This document shows positions 37,597 to 50,022 of a DNA stretch of 64,000 nt, piece by piece. The first letter of the stretch is position 1, and each line of letters begins with the position of its first letter. The DNA is from Geosiphon pyriformis uo1. Lineage: Eukaryota > Fungi > Glomeromycota. Both the position numbers and the translations under genes were made by a program. The DNA is taken from positions 1,073,152-1,137,151 of the forward strand of contig JAAOMT010000697.1 of NCBI GenBank assembly GCA_016748015.1, given 5' to 3'. Below the pieces are notes generated by a model. It had not been told where the DNA came from. It searched no databases and saw nothing but the letters and a program-made list of their open reading frames with translations.

Positions 37597-39633
37597 ATGT
37601 CTTCAACTTCATCAATTGAAAACGCAACTTCATCCTTCGAATGGCTTGAAGGAGCATTAATTGTCATCAAAGAAAATTTGGCCATTTTTTCAGCTAGTGA
37701 ATATTCAAAAGTTGCTGACTTGGTGAAAAAATATGTTGAGTGCAATCAGAAAAAACCTGAAGACTTCTTCAATTGCTTAAATAATAAAAGTTCAAAGCGT
37801 TCGATAGACTATATCTTGCTCGGCTTTTCTTTAGAACATGGGATTGGAACTATTCCTAATTTAAAAAGAGCATTTTTAGAATTTCGAAAAGCAGCGAATG
37901 CAGACAACTCTTTTGGACAATTCTTCTTAGGACGTTGCTATTATAATGGAATCGGTACTAAACAAGATCGAGAAAAAGCATTTGAACTTTATTTAAAAGC
38001 GGCAGAGGCGGGAGATTCAGATGCTGAATATAGCCTTGCAGTTTGTTATGATAATGGAGAAGGAACAATGAAAAATTCTGAAAAAGCATTCGAACTTTAT
38101 TCAAAAGCAGCAGAGGCGGGACATACAATGGCACAACTCAATCTTGCACTTTGTTATTTATATGGAAGGGGGACAACAAAAAATTCTGAAAAAGCATTTC
38201 AACTTTATTCAAAAGCAGCAGAGGCGGGACATACAACGGCACAATTTAATCTTGCACTTTGTCATGCTAATGGAAAAGGAACAACGAAAAATTCAGAAAA
38301 AGCATTTCAACTTTATTCAAAAGCAACAGAGGCGGGACATACACTGGCACAATACAATCTTGCAGTTTGTTATGATAATGGAGAAGGAACAACAAAAAAT
38401 TCTGAAAAAGCATTTCAACTTTATTTAAAAGCAGCAGAGGCGGGACATACAACGGCACAATACAATCTTGCAAATTGTTATTTAAATGGAGAAGGAACAA
38501 CAAAAAATTCAGAAAAAGCATTTGAACGGTTTTCAAAAGCAGCAGAGGCAGGACATACAAAAGCACAATTAAATCTTGCAGCTTGTTATCTTAATGGAGA
38601 AGGAACGAAGAAAAATTCTGAAAAAGCATTTCAACTTTATTCAAAAGCAGCAAAGGCGGGAAACACAACGGCACAATACAATCTTGCACTTTTTTATCGA
38701 AATGGATGGGGAATAAGAAAAAATTTAGAAAAAGCATTTGAACTTTTTTCAAAAGCAGCGGGGGCGGGAGATTTAAATGCACAATTTAATCTCGCAGCTT
38801 GTTATCAGAATGGAGAAGGAACAACAAAAAATTCAGAAAAAGCATTTGAACTTTATTCCAAAGCAGCAAAGGCGGGAGATTTAAAAGCACAATTAAATCT
38901 TGCAGCTTGTTATGCTAATGGAGAAGGAACGACTAAAAATTCAGAAAAAGTATTTGAACTTTATTCCAAAGCAGCAAAGGCGGGAGATTTAAATGCACAA
39001 TTCAATCTTGCCCTTTGTTATGTCAATGGAATAGGAACGACGAAAAATTTAGCAAAAGCCTTTGAACTTTTTTCAAAAGCAGCAGAGGCGGGACATACAA
39101 TAGCACAATACAATCTTGCAGTTTGTTATGCTAGTGGAAGGGGAACAACGAAAAATTCAGAAAAAGCCTTTGAACTTTATTCAAAAGCAGCAGAGGCGGG
39201 ACATACACTGGCACAACACGATCTTGCACTTTGTTATTTAGATGGAGAAGGAACAACAAAAAATTCAGAAAAAGCATTTGAACTTTTTTCAAAAGCAGCA
39301 GAGGCAGGACATAAAACGGCACAATTCAATCTCGCAGCTTTTTATGCTAATGGAGAAGGAACGACGAAAAATTTAGAAAAAGCATTTGAACTTTTTTCAA
39401 AAGCAGCGGGGGCGGGAGATGTAAATGCACAATACTATCTTGCAAATTGTTATGCTAATGGAGAAGGAACGACGAAAAATTTAGAAAAAGCATTCAAACT
39501 TTATTCAAAAGCAGCAGAGGCGGGACATACACTGGCACTACACGATCTTGCACTTTGTTATTTATATGGAAGGGGAACAACAAAAAATGAGAAAAAAGCA
39601 TTCGAAATGGATGGAAAACTGCGAAAAATCTAG
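37597..39633 (+). CDS. Sel1-repeat-only paralog (about 17 repeats, 678 aa from the ATG), truncated before the linker and kinase
   Basis: N-terminus MSSTSSIENATS is paralogous to MSLTSSIENTVS; uninterrupted ORF ending in a frameshifted tail (EMDGKLRKI). Confidence 0.88.
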   Translation: MSSTSSIENATSSFEWLEGALIVIKENLAIFSASEYSKVADLVKKYVECNQKKPEDFFNCLNNKSSKRSIDYILLGFSLEHGIGTIPNLKRAFLEFRKAANADNSFGQFFLGRCYYNGIGTKQDREKAFELYLKAAEAGDSDAEYSLAVCYDNGEGTMKNSEKAFELYSKAAEAGHTMAQLNLALCYLYGRGTTKNSEKAFQLYSKAAEAGHTTAQFNLALCHANGKGTTKNSEKAFQLYSKATEAGHTLAQYNLAVCYDNGEGTTKNSEKAFQLYLKAAEAGHTTAQYNLANCYLNGEGTTKNSEKAFERFSKAAEAGHTKAQLNLAACYLNGEGTKKNSEKAFQLYSKAAKAGNTTAQYNLALFYRNGWGIRKNLEKAFELFSKAAGAGDLNAQFNLAACYQNGEGTTKNSEKAFELYSKAAKAGDLKAQLNLAACYANGEGTTKNSEKVFELYSKAAKAGDLNAQFNLALCYVNGIGTTKNLAKAFELFSKAAEAGHTIAQYNLAVCYASGRGTTKNSEKAFELYSKAAEAGHTLAQHDLALCYLDGEGTTKNSEKAFELFSKAAEAGHKTAQFNLAAFYANGEGTTKNLEKAFELFSKAAGAGDVNAQYYLANCYANGEGTTKNLEKAFKLYSKAAEAGHTLALHDLALCYLYGRGTTKNEKKAFEMDGKLRKI

Positions 39634-41902
39634 ATTGAATACATAAATACACAAATTCCAAATCTGATCAGATAAAAAAGAAAAATAATTAGTGATAAGC
39701 AAAGGAAGATTGAACTTTGAACATGTGATTTTAAGTAAAGTAGTTTATTATAGAATGAAAATTAATTCAATTGGTTTATACAATTGATATGAGAGGTGAT
39801 TTTATAACGTGTTTTTGGTGGAATATGGTATAAAGATTGAAACAAAAAATAATACTTGACGCCATTTTCTCTATTCCCAGCTTGCTATCTGTTATTCCAT
39901 TAGGTCAACCACGAAAAAGTGATAAATCGTTACAATAAAAATCCCAGCGTTTACCACATTAAAAATAGAGAATTGCAATGTTGGTTAAGTAGTTTAGCAC
40001 ATTTTGGGTTTATTTAGAAATTACGTTTGGAAATTATTCATATTGTCATTTATTTTTACAACAAAGAGTAGATCAGTTAAAAACTTTCTTTAGGCAAGTA
40101 TTACATTAATTTTTTTAAAATCTTTCTATATAATTTTGTTTCAAATTTTAAGAAATTCAATAAAGGTAACAATGTAATTTTTGAAAAATGTGAATTAAAT
40201 TTATAAATATTGATAATTCATAATACCAAATAAATAATATTAAATTAAATTAAGTTAGATTAAATTAAATTAATGTATATATATATATATATCAATATTT
40301 TAATTTTAATTTTTTTGACAATAAATTATTTTTCTTGAAAAGTTATATTTTAAAATTTAGTAAAAAAAATTTAAAGAAATAAATGATTTTTTAATTTATG
40401 TATTTTATTATTCCAAAAAAAATTGATAAAATCTTTGTATATTATAAATTTTGAAAAAATATCTCTTTTCAAGTACCTTTTACCAATTTATTTCGTTTAT
40501 CAAGATAATTTCAAAGTTCTTAAATAAAACCATAAAAAGGCTGCTTGATTTTTATGTAATGTAATATGCTGTATTTTTTTGATTAATACAGCCTTTAATG
40601 TAGAATTATTCTAATTAGTAAAGTTTTCATGGTAACGAGATCATTTGTGGATTTATGTGAACATATCCATTGCCAACATTTTCTCTTAGTCGTTATCATT
40701 TTGTTTTAAAGGGTTGGGGAATGGATAAATTAATTCGTTAAAACAGTTGACCAGTTCTTCTGTTGTGAATACATTCTTGATCTATTTCAATCAAATAAGG
40801 GTAAATAATCTTAGTCCTCATATAGCTAAACAAATATGTGCTCTTCAATTTCAGAAAGATTTTTAAAAACCGTTTTCTTATCAAAACAAATCGAATGTAC
40901 ATGGTAAATCTTGTCAAACCGAAAATAGATAATCGATCAACTGTAATAATTTTTTTTCCTAATCCGAAAAATTATTTTGAAATATCCAAAAAAAAAATTA
41001 TTTATTTGAAATAAAAGTTTATTTTATTTAGTATTTTTAAACCATTATTTTGCAATTATAGGAAACTTTATATAAAAAGAAAAACTTCACCCGTTGTACT
41101 CACAAAAAAAAACATAATTTTCTTTACACTTGCTTAAAAAATAAGATTTTGTCCAGGCAACACTTTCTAATATTATATTAATAAGTTAATTTGGCATAGA
41201 AGAATCTACAGTACATAAAATTTTGAAAAGAAAAATAAATTCTCAACAACAATTTAAGCTTCACACCAAATAGATGAATAGGTTTAAAATTGTAATATTT
41301 TATAAAAGCGTAAATTTTATAGTAAAGCCCAAAATGCATCAATCAGATCACTTTTTAAAGTCAAACAACAATTAAAAAAATCATTCAAAAATATATGTAA
41401 TACAATTAAAACAAATTTTGTATTTTTTATAACTTTAAACTAAACATTAATATTATAATCTTGTTCTGGTTTAAAAAAGTAATTATTATTTTTTGTTTTA
41501 ATAAAACAAAAATTTTTATTGCTTAAAATTCTTATTAAGATATTACTATTATATTGGTTTTAATTTCAAATTTAAATGTGTAATAATTTAGACTAACTTT
41601 TTTTGTTTCTACAAAACCTTTTATTGATATTAGGTAAACTAACATACATTCAATTAGTCAAACAAAAAGAATTGGCAATTCCTACAACAAATATGTATGT
41701 TGGCCATAACACTATAAATATCTGGGGAAAAGCGGTAATTGACACTAGAACCTTGTAAATGTGACCAAATCCATAGAAACATAACAAAATTCACAAAATC
41801 AAAATATAATATCAATGCTATTATTTTTGGATCTATAATTTACTTATTAATTTCTACAAATCTATAACACTAATAAACTAATTTTAATTAATCAATTTAA
41901 TT

Positions 41903-41986
41903 AAAAAAAATTTTCCTATGACAAAGTGAGGTCCTATCACTATAAACATGGATTATGCTGTTTTAACACGTGACCAGCTACTCAGA
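41903..41986 (-). mobile_element. Short fragment carrying the LINE 3' motif
   Basis: Minus strand gagtagctggtcacgtgt matches gagtggctggtcacgtgt at about 9018-9035. Confidence 0.45.
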
Positions 41987-42261
41987 AAAATTTTTTAGTT
42001 ATCTGAGATTTTCTTTATTTTCCAAAAACAAAAGTTACTTTTCAATAAACTAAACAATTAAAAAATATTTCTTCAGTTCAATAAAATTTTAATCCTCAAA
42101 TTCATTTGCAAATATTGAATTTCAAAAATGTATGTTTTAATTTTTTATTTGATCACTTGTCAATCACATATTAGTATAAAGACTGCAGATTGAAATATCA
42201 ATATTTGAAAAAGCTTTTTATATCTTATCAATGGCACTTTAGCAATTCTTTCCCACTTTAT

Positions 42262-42740
42262 TATAATTGTTTTTGGAAAAGCACCTAATATAAAAACTTT
42301 TCATGCTAATTCGCAAATTTTAGCAGCAGCAAGATCACACAATATTTTGTTATAACACTCTCTATTAATTAGGTTAAAAGGGAAAACAATGCAATTATCT
42401 TTGCTAAACATAATATTTCATCTAATATTTTTGATTTAATTCTCAAGTAAGAGTTTTTATTTGCTTCAAAATATTTTGGATAAAATAAATTCATATGTTT
42501 TATTTCTTCCACAAATACTATATACAGTGGTAAGATTTCTCTTAATAAATATGGAGTACTTACCATTTAAAATTACTTATTACTGTTGACAAGCTTATTC
42601 TAAAAAACATTATTGATCATCTTGAAGACTATTTAATTGAACACCATACAAAAAAGCTAGAAGAAAATTTCGTTACTTTGCAGAAAACTTCAATTATGTA
42701 TGATTTTTTTAAAAAGTTGCAAAAATTTTGCTCTGTAATA
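42262..42740 (+). pseudogene. BTB/POZ(-BACK) gene relic
   Basis: Translated fragments GKAPNIKTFHANSQILAAARS, VKRENNAIIFAKHNISSNIFDLIL, YSGKISL and IDHLEDYLIEH match the Glomeromycota BTB pattern; stops and frameshifts. Confidence 0.75.
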
Positions 42741-44025
42741 GCATTTTAGGGGCAACAAAAGTTATAAATATATAAATTAAATTATTATTATTACAAATTT
42801 TAATGTACAAGAATTAGCAAAGGATAGTATATATATTTTTATGAGGTCCAAAAATTATCCATAGAATAAGTTAATAATAATATTTTATATGTAATCTTAA
42901 TTATATCAATAAAAAATGTTTAAAAAAGAATAAATTGTATTCAAAAAAAATAATTATTAATTTTTTGAAGAACTTGAATTAAATCTTGATAAATTACATA
43001 TTTAATATTTTAAAATATTTAAATAAATATAAGAAAGGTTTTAATTTATATTTTAAATATTATAATATAATAATATAATAAAATTTAATTAAAATATAAT
43101 CACTTATAAAAAAGAATTAATCAAGATAATAATTAGTAATCAGTTTTATTTTTTGAATTTTTTATTATTTGTGCCAAATTAAAATTAAAATTAAAATTAA
43201 TTGTTTTTTATATAACAACAGTTTTAAAAAGCAATATTTTTATTAAAAAGCTTGATTTAATTTAAAATAAAAATGTTATTTATAAACTTTAATTATAAAA
43301 TCAAAACAGAAAAGTTAAAACCAATTTCTTTTAAAATTATATTGTTTTTCATATTAAACATATAGAATCAAATTAAGATATTAATATAATTAATAAGTTT
43401 ATCTTTTTTTAAATTAAGTTAACATTAAAATTAATTAAGTTTAAACGAAATTATGTTTAGAAATTCTTGATAAAATCTAATTAATGGAATCAACAATCAG
43501 ACTCATGAATTAATTTATCATTTATAATTTTATAAAAATATATAAATTTTTTTATTTCATAATGGTAAATTGGAATTGAAAGAAAAAAATTAATTTGAGA
43601 AAAAGAGTAACGAAAAGAAGTAGCAACAATATTTATAAAAAAATTGTTGCAGAATATTAATAAAACTCTTTAAATAGGTATTTTTACATGAAAATATTTA
43701 AAATTATACTTTTTAGTTCGATAAATTAGATATTGTTAGATTAAGTCAACAAATAAACAATAAAATATCAAACTCAAAAATAATCACAATAAACAGAGAG
43801 AATATTGTTTTTTTTTTAAGTGTAAATAGAACACTATATAATTAATATAATTTATCAATTAAGAGTTATTTAAAATATATCTTTTATGAAAAAATCAATA
43901 AACTAATAAAAATTAAGATTATTAGAGTTTATTATTATTATTATCACAAATAAAAATAATAGATAACGATTAGATCATTTGATTTATAAAACTTCATATA
44001 TTTTTTATTCTTTTTTAACTTTGTT

Positions 44026-44600
<575 letters not shown>

Positions 44601-47600
44601 TATAATATATTAATTAATATAATTAAATATTATAAATTGGAATACAATTGTAAATAATTTAATATTTTGTGTAATAATATAGATTAAAAAGATATTATTT
44701 TTTAAATAGTTATTATAATTAATTTTAATAACTTTTTAAATATTTAATTGTTAATACAATATAAAAAAATAAGTAAGTTAATAATATTTAGAATAAAAAT
44801 AAATAATAATATATAAATATAAATTGATTTAATATAAATTAATAATAATAATATTTTGTTTATTTTTTTAATTACTTTTATACTGTTTATTAATATAATT
44901 TTTATTGCTATATTTCTTTCTAATCTTTATTTTTTATATTTATTAATTAATTTATTAATTACAGTTGCTGTATAATTTCATTAAATTTTTTTCTATCAAT
45001 TTTATTAATATTTGACAAATACTCTTATAAAATTTATTTATAGTAATAAAAATTAGTTTTATAACTATTATATTAATTAGATAAAATATAAATTAAATTT
45101 TTAATTATTTTATTAACTATTTTATTATTATTTGAAAAGTTGTGATAAAGTTTTTTTAAAATATAAATTAGCATATATTATAATAATTAAAAAAATTTTA
45201 TTTAAAATATTTTCTTAACAGAGTAAATATAGGTTGTAATCATGTATTTTTAAATTATTTTTTTTGATTTTTTTGTTTTCTAATATGTATATAAATAGAG
45301 ATAAAATATTAAATATGAATAAATTAAAATTAAAAAAGAGCTTTTTTAAATCATATATTTAAAAAATAAATAATTACTTAAAAGCAGAGTTTCTATTTAT
45401 ATTGTTGTTTTTTTATGTTAATAAATCACAAAATACTATTTATAAAATATTAATAGCAACAACACAATAATAATAATAATAATAATAACTAATTTAAAAT
45501 TATTGTAAATTATGAAAAATTACATTTTAAAATTCTAAATAAAATTAATATAAGAATTAGAAAACATTTAAAAATTGAGATATAATTCAGATTTTTAAAG
45601 ATTAAAAAACTTTTATCTATTAAAATAAAATATCTTTAATATTATGCTTTAATAATAGATATTTTATTAATAAAATTATTTTTTGTTAATTGATTTTTTT
45701 GCCTAATACTAAAACAGAAAAGTTTTATTATTAGCTGATTTTTATTTTTTATTTTGTTTGTTCTTAAAACTAATTTTGAATGTTTTAATTAAAAACTTTA
45801 TATCATATATTATTCAATTAAAAGTATTTATAATACCAATTAATTTCTGCTGATTATCAATAATATTTCATAATAATGAAATTAAAGATTAATGAAACTT
45901 AATATATATTCTTTTAATATAAATTTAATACTATTTATTTTAAAACTTTAGACTGTATTCGTAAAAAAAAATGAAAAAAATAAAAAAAATAAAAAACTTT
46001 ATTTTTTGAAATATATTTTAAATTACAAATAATATTAGATCAAAATTTAGATTTAAATTTAAAAAAAAATTAAAAAACTAAAATATCATAAAAAGTTTTA
46101 TTTATGTATTAACCAAAACAATATAATATACTTGTTTTATAAATTAAATATTATTGATTAATTAAACCAAAATATTTTGAATATTTAAAAATTCTTCTAA
46201 ATAAATAAAGTATTTTCACATTTTATAAATCAAAGTTTCAATTTACATTATTAATAATAAATTATACTTATTATAATTATACTTAATTTTAGTCTTTTTT
46301 TATTGCTAATTAAAGTTTAACTCTAATTCCTATTTCGCAAGATAATAAAAATAAAGTTATTTTTTTTATTCATTTTAACGATTATTATACTTAATATCTT
46401 ATTAATTACTCTGCTAAAATTTATTTAGCCTATATTGTTTACTTTTTGCATAAATAAATTAAATATTTTTTGATTATATTTTAACAATTACTAGTATAAA
46501 ATATAAACTTTTTTTCAAATTTACATATATAAATTTTGTTATTTTAAGTTTGTATTTTTTTATTTATCATGTTTTAAATTTTAAATTAGTGATAAATTAG
46601 AGATATTTGATTGTCATGTTAATTTAAGTAATAATAATTTTTTTCTTAGTTAGTTATTATATTAATCTTAAATATTCAGTTGTAGTATTAAAAAATGTTT
46701 GAATATAATAAAAAAAATGGGTTTATTTAATTTAAAAGACTGATAATTATAATATAAGTTCAAATAACTGATTATATTCAAATAAAACATGAATTGCATT
46801 TATTATAAAATGTTTTGATTTTAAATATGTAAATAATAATATGATTATATTTATAAAAGCATTAAAATATATATATAAAATAAAGTAATTAATAACATAA
46901 TTTTACTTTTGATTATTAATTAGCAATAATAATTTAAGAATTAAAATTAAATTTTTTAAGTAATGAATTAAAAATAAGTAAAAACATTATTTATTTTTAA
47001 AAAAAAGTATACAAGCGATTTAAACAACAATAATAATTATAAAAATATTTACAAATTATATTATCAAAGAATTATTTTATACAATTTATTAAAATTTATA
47101 TTCATGTTTTATTTAACAATTTACTTTTTTGGCAATTTACTAAATGTAATTTATAATTCTTATCAGCATTTAAATAATGGTTTTAATAGATGATCTTTTG
47201 TGTAATATCAGAAGTTGTATAAAAAAAAATTCTTATTTAAATTATTAGAAAGAGGTTTAATTAAAGTAAAAGAATTTACAAATGTCCATTATTTAATTTT
47301 TATTTTTCGAAATTCACAAATATGATTAAATAACATGATAACAAACTAAAAATGAATTCAAACTTTAATTAAAGAGATTAAATACAAAATTTGTTATCAA
47401 ATATTATTCAAACAATTACCATATGGTATAAATTTAACAATCGATTATTTAGAAAAACAATATATCAATATATTTAAATTTTTAATTTTTTTAGTATTAG
47501 CCATTTATATTTTCTTTAAAAACCCAATTTTTTGAAATAAAATTTATTTTGAATTAAAGATTTGTCAACTAAAACATAAAAATTGTACTTTGTTAAAATC

Positions 47601-48730
47601 TTATATTAAAAAATTACTTTTCTTTAAATTTTTTTTCATTATAATTTATTAAATTTCTGAATTTTCTTAACTATCGACAAATAAATTTATTTTTAATTAA
47701 AACCTATAAAATAGCATTCCTTAATATATATCAATTATCTTAAATAAATTTAGGTTCAAATAATTTTGCCTAATATATTTATTTGCTTAAAAAACAGGAA
47801 AAAATAATGTTGAAAATCAAATTTAACTTTAAATTTTCATAGATAGATTCGAAAAGAATATGAAAAGGGATGAGTTGGTTATACCGAAAATCAAGGCAAG
47901 AAGTATAAAGTTGGAATTAGTCTCAAGGGAAAAAGAATTCAAGAATAACAACTGGTCTTTAGAAATATTCGCTGATTCTCAAAATTACAGAAAAAAAGTT
48001 GATTCTCACAATGCTTTTCGAATCTCTTATAAATCTGACTTTAATTAAAATTCACTGAAACATATTAAAATTGTTGAGATTATTACTATTATTATTATTA
48101 CTATCGGTCAATTGATTTTTCTTTTTTTAATTTTTTTCATTAACTTTTGATGATTTTCGTTTGTTGGTTTAGAAGCATGCTGATTAGGAGATTTAGAGCA
48201 GTGCAGTCAAATGGCTGGCAATTTTAAGATAAATTCGTCAAGATGGAGTTTGTGGATTGACTTAGCCATGGTTTAATTCCATTATCAGGTTCCCTTTTCT
48301 TTCTAAATGGTATATCAGGGCGATATTTATCAATATCGCTTCGTAGCCTATCTTTTTGGAATTCTCTTGTAGACCATAAAGACTCTTGAGAAAAGGTTGC
48401 GCGTTGATTGAATACCCGGTTCAATGACTTCCTGACTTCCTTTATTAAATAGAAGTTACCGCCACTTCGATAGTTCCTAGCTTTGTTTCTATTCTAGTCT
48501 CCCACGGCTTATTAATATTATTAAAATGCCAGTCTCCACCGCGGGTTTCTCGAGTCCCAATCACTCTCAGGACTTAATCAGCCCTGGGCTTATGTTTATT
48601 TTCTAGGGTAAATTTTCATTCCAGTCATCACGACTAAAGTTATAATTGAATTTTGTTCCCCATTTCATGTTAAGCTACATAAGAAGGGTTATTTTGAATA
48701 AGTTATCCCTTTTATTAGAGGAGGAGGAAT

Positions 48731-48930
48731 AAATGGCATCTTCCAAACGCGTGAAATGAGGATTTTTTCATAATGTGTTAAGAAGATCTCAAACGCGTGA
48801 AATGAGAATCTTCCTGATGCGTTTGTTTATAGTTTTAGTAACACATGAAATGGATCTTCTTGACACGGTTAAGAAGATCCCAAAGCAAACGCGTTTGTTT
48901 AACGCGTTAAGAAGATCCCAAAACAAACCG
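48731..48930. repeat. Cluster of short direct and inverted repeats with four ACGCGT
   Basis: ACGCGT at 48747, 48793, 48889 and 48902; GTTAAGAAGATC three times; inverted repeat GGATCTTCTT/AAGAAGATCC at 48852-48880. Confidence 0.85.
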
Positions 48931-49521
48931 AATTTATAAAAACAGACCCTCACCCATCAAAATTTTTAAAATATTTTTGGCAATTCCATGCGTTCTTCAT
49001 CTTGACGAGAACCAAGTGATCCATCGTTGAAAGTTTTACTATATTTTCCTTTAATTTATAATTCTAAATTTATAAACCTTCTCTTTAATTAATTTCACAT
49101 TAATAACCTATTAAACATAAACTCCCGAAACCCCACTTAGTTCTGTTGAAAAAGGTAATCAATTTGAAACTCGGGTTTTAAAATAGATTAAATATGAATA
49201 TTTGGTTACAGAAAATAAGGTAAATGTTGAGTTGCATATATCTGAAGGTACGCTGCCATGAGGTTATATAATAATTGAAAATAGAAAGCTCATTATGGCC
49301 ACTAAAAAATTAGTAGCCTGTTAATTTTTTGGTGAATGTTTTTTTCTTTATTTGTAAAGCTGAAAAGGTTATAATGAATCGATACATTAAACTTGGTGAA
49401 TATTATATAGAATAAATAATGCAATTTGCCACTGTAATATTTATCGTGATAATAATGATAATATTTATTAATAGTGTAGTGTTATTGTGTTTTTTTAACT
49501 CTGTTTGATTTTTATTATTAG

Positions 49522-50022
49522 TTTGAATGTTTTTATTAAATCCAACTGTGTTCACTGATGCAATGGGCAAAAATCAAAAAATCCCAGAAATTAATTATAT
49601 CATAAAGATGTTGGCACCTATTCTGGATATTGTTTTTGCTGATGTTGCAAAAAAAATTTGTCTCTATTGGTAGGTGTGAATTAATTTTATTTAATTTTTC
49701 CTAATTTTACTAACTTAAATAATTTAAATTATTTTTTAGGGGCGAAATGGTATCGAAAGCAACATCGGCGGGCTGCAGCAACGACGTCGAGTTGAGCCAT
49801 TCGGAGTGTGCTCGGGCTAGCACTCCCAGTAAAGCTGTGAGGGATGGCAGCAAATGCCTTCACTCCAATCAATGCGTCCTCAATAAATACTTGAAAAAAA
49901 ACATTTTGATAGATGAAGCTGAGAATCTGGTAATTTTTGGATTCCAGTTTACCGCCTTATTGCTTGATGACGGGCTCTATTTTGGCTTTCAAGGGGATGA
50001 TTTTCATTTTCGACTCAAATGA
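49522..50022 (+). pseudogene. Probable relic of a spliced gene of unknown family
   Basis: Exon-like KIPEINYIIKMLAPILDIVFADV, intron GTAGG...TTTTAG, then WGEMVSKA..VELSHSECAR..LLDDGLYFGF; disrupted upstream. Confidence 0.45.

Noticed and set aside
31356-39322. Repeated antisense and alternate-frame ORFs (MQDCIVHL.., MLFLNF..)
   Set aside because: Shadows of the Sel1 repeats.
31180-39600. Regular repeats with variable segments resembling a CRISPR array
   Set aside because: They are 108-bp in-frame coding Sel1 repeats in a eukaryotic gene; no unique spacers and no cas genes.
48250-48325. TPP riboswitch-like GAACCTGAT on the minus strand
   Set aside because: Lacks the CTGAGA motif and the conserved bases after P5; no thiamine gene nearby.
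48540-48585. Hammerhead-like or RNase P-like motifs on the minus strand
   Set aside because: Core reads CTGATTA rather than CTGANGA, and RNase P CR-I and CR-V were not found.
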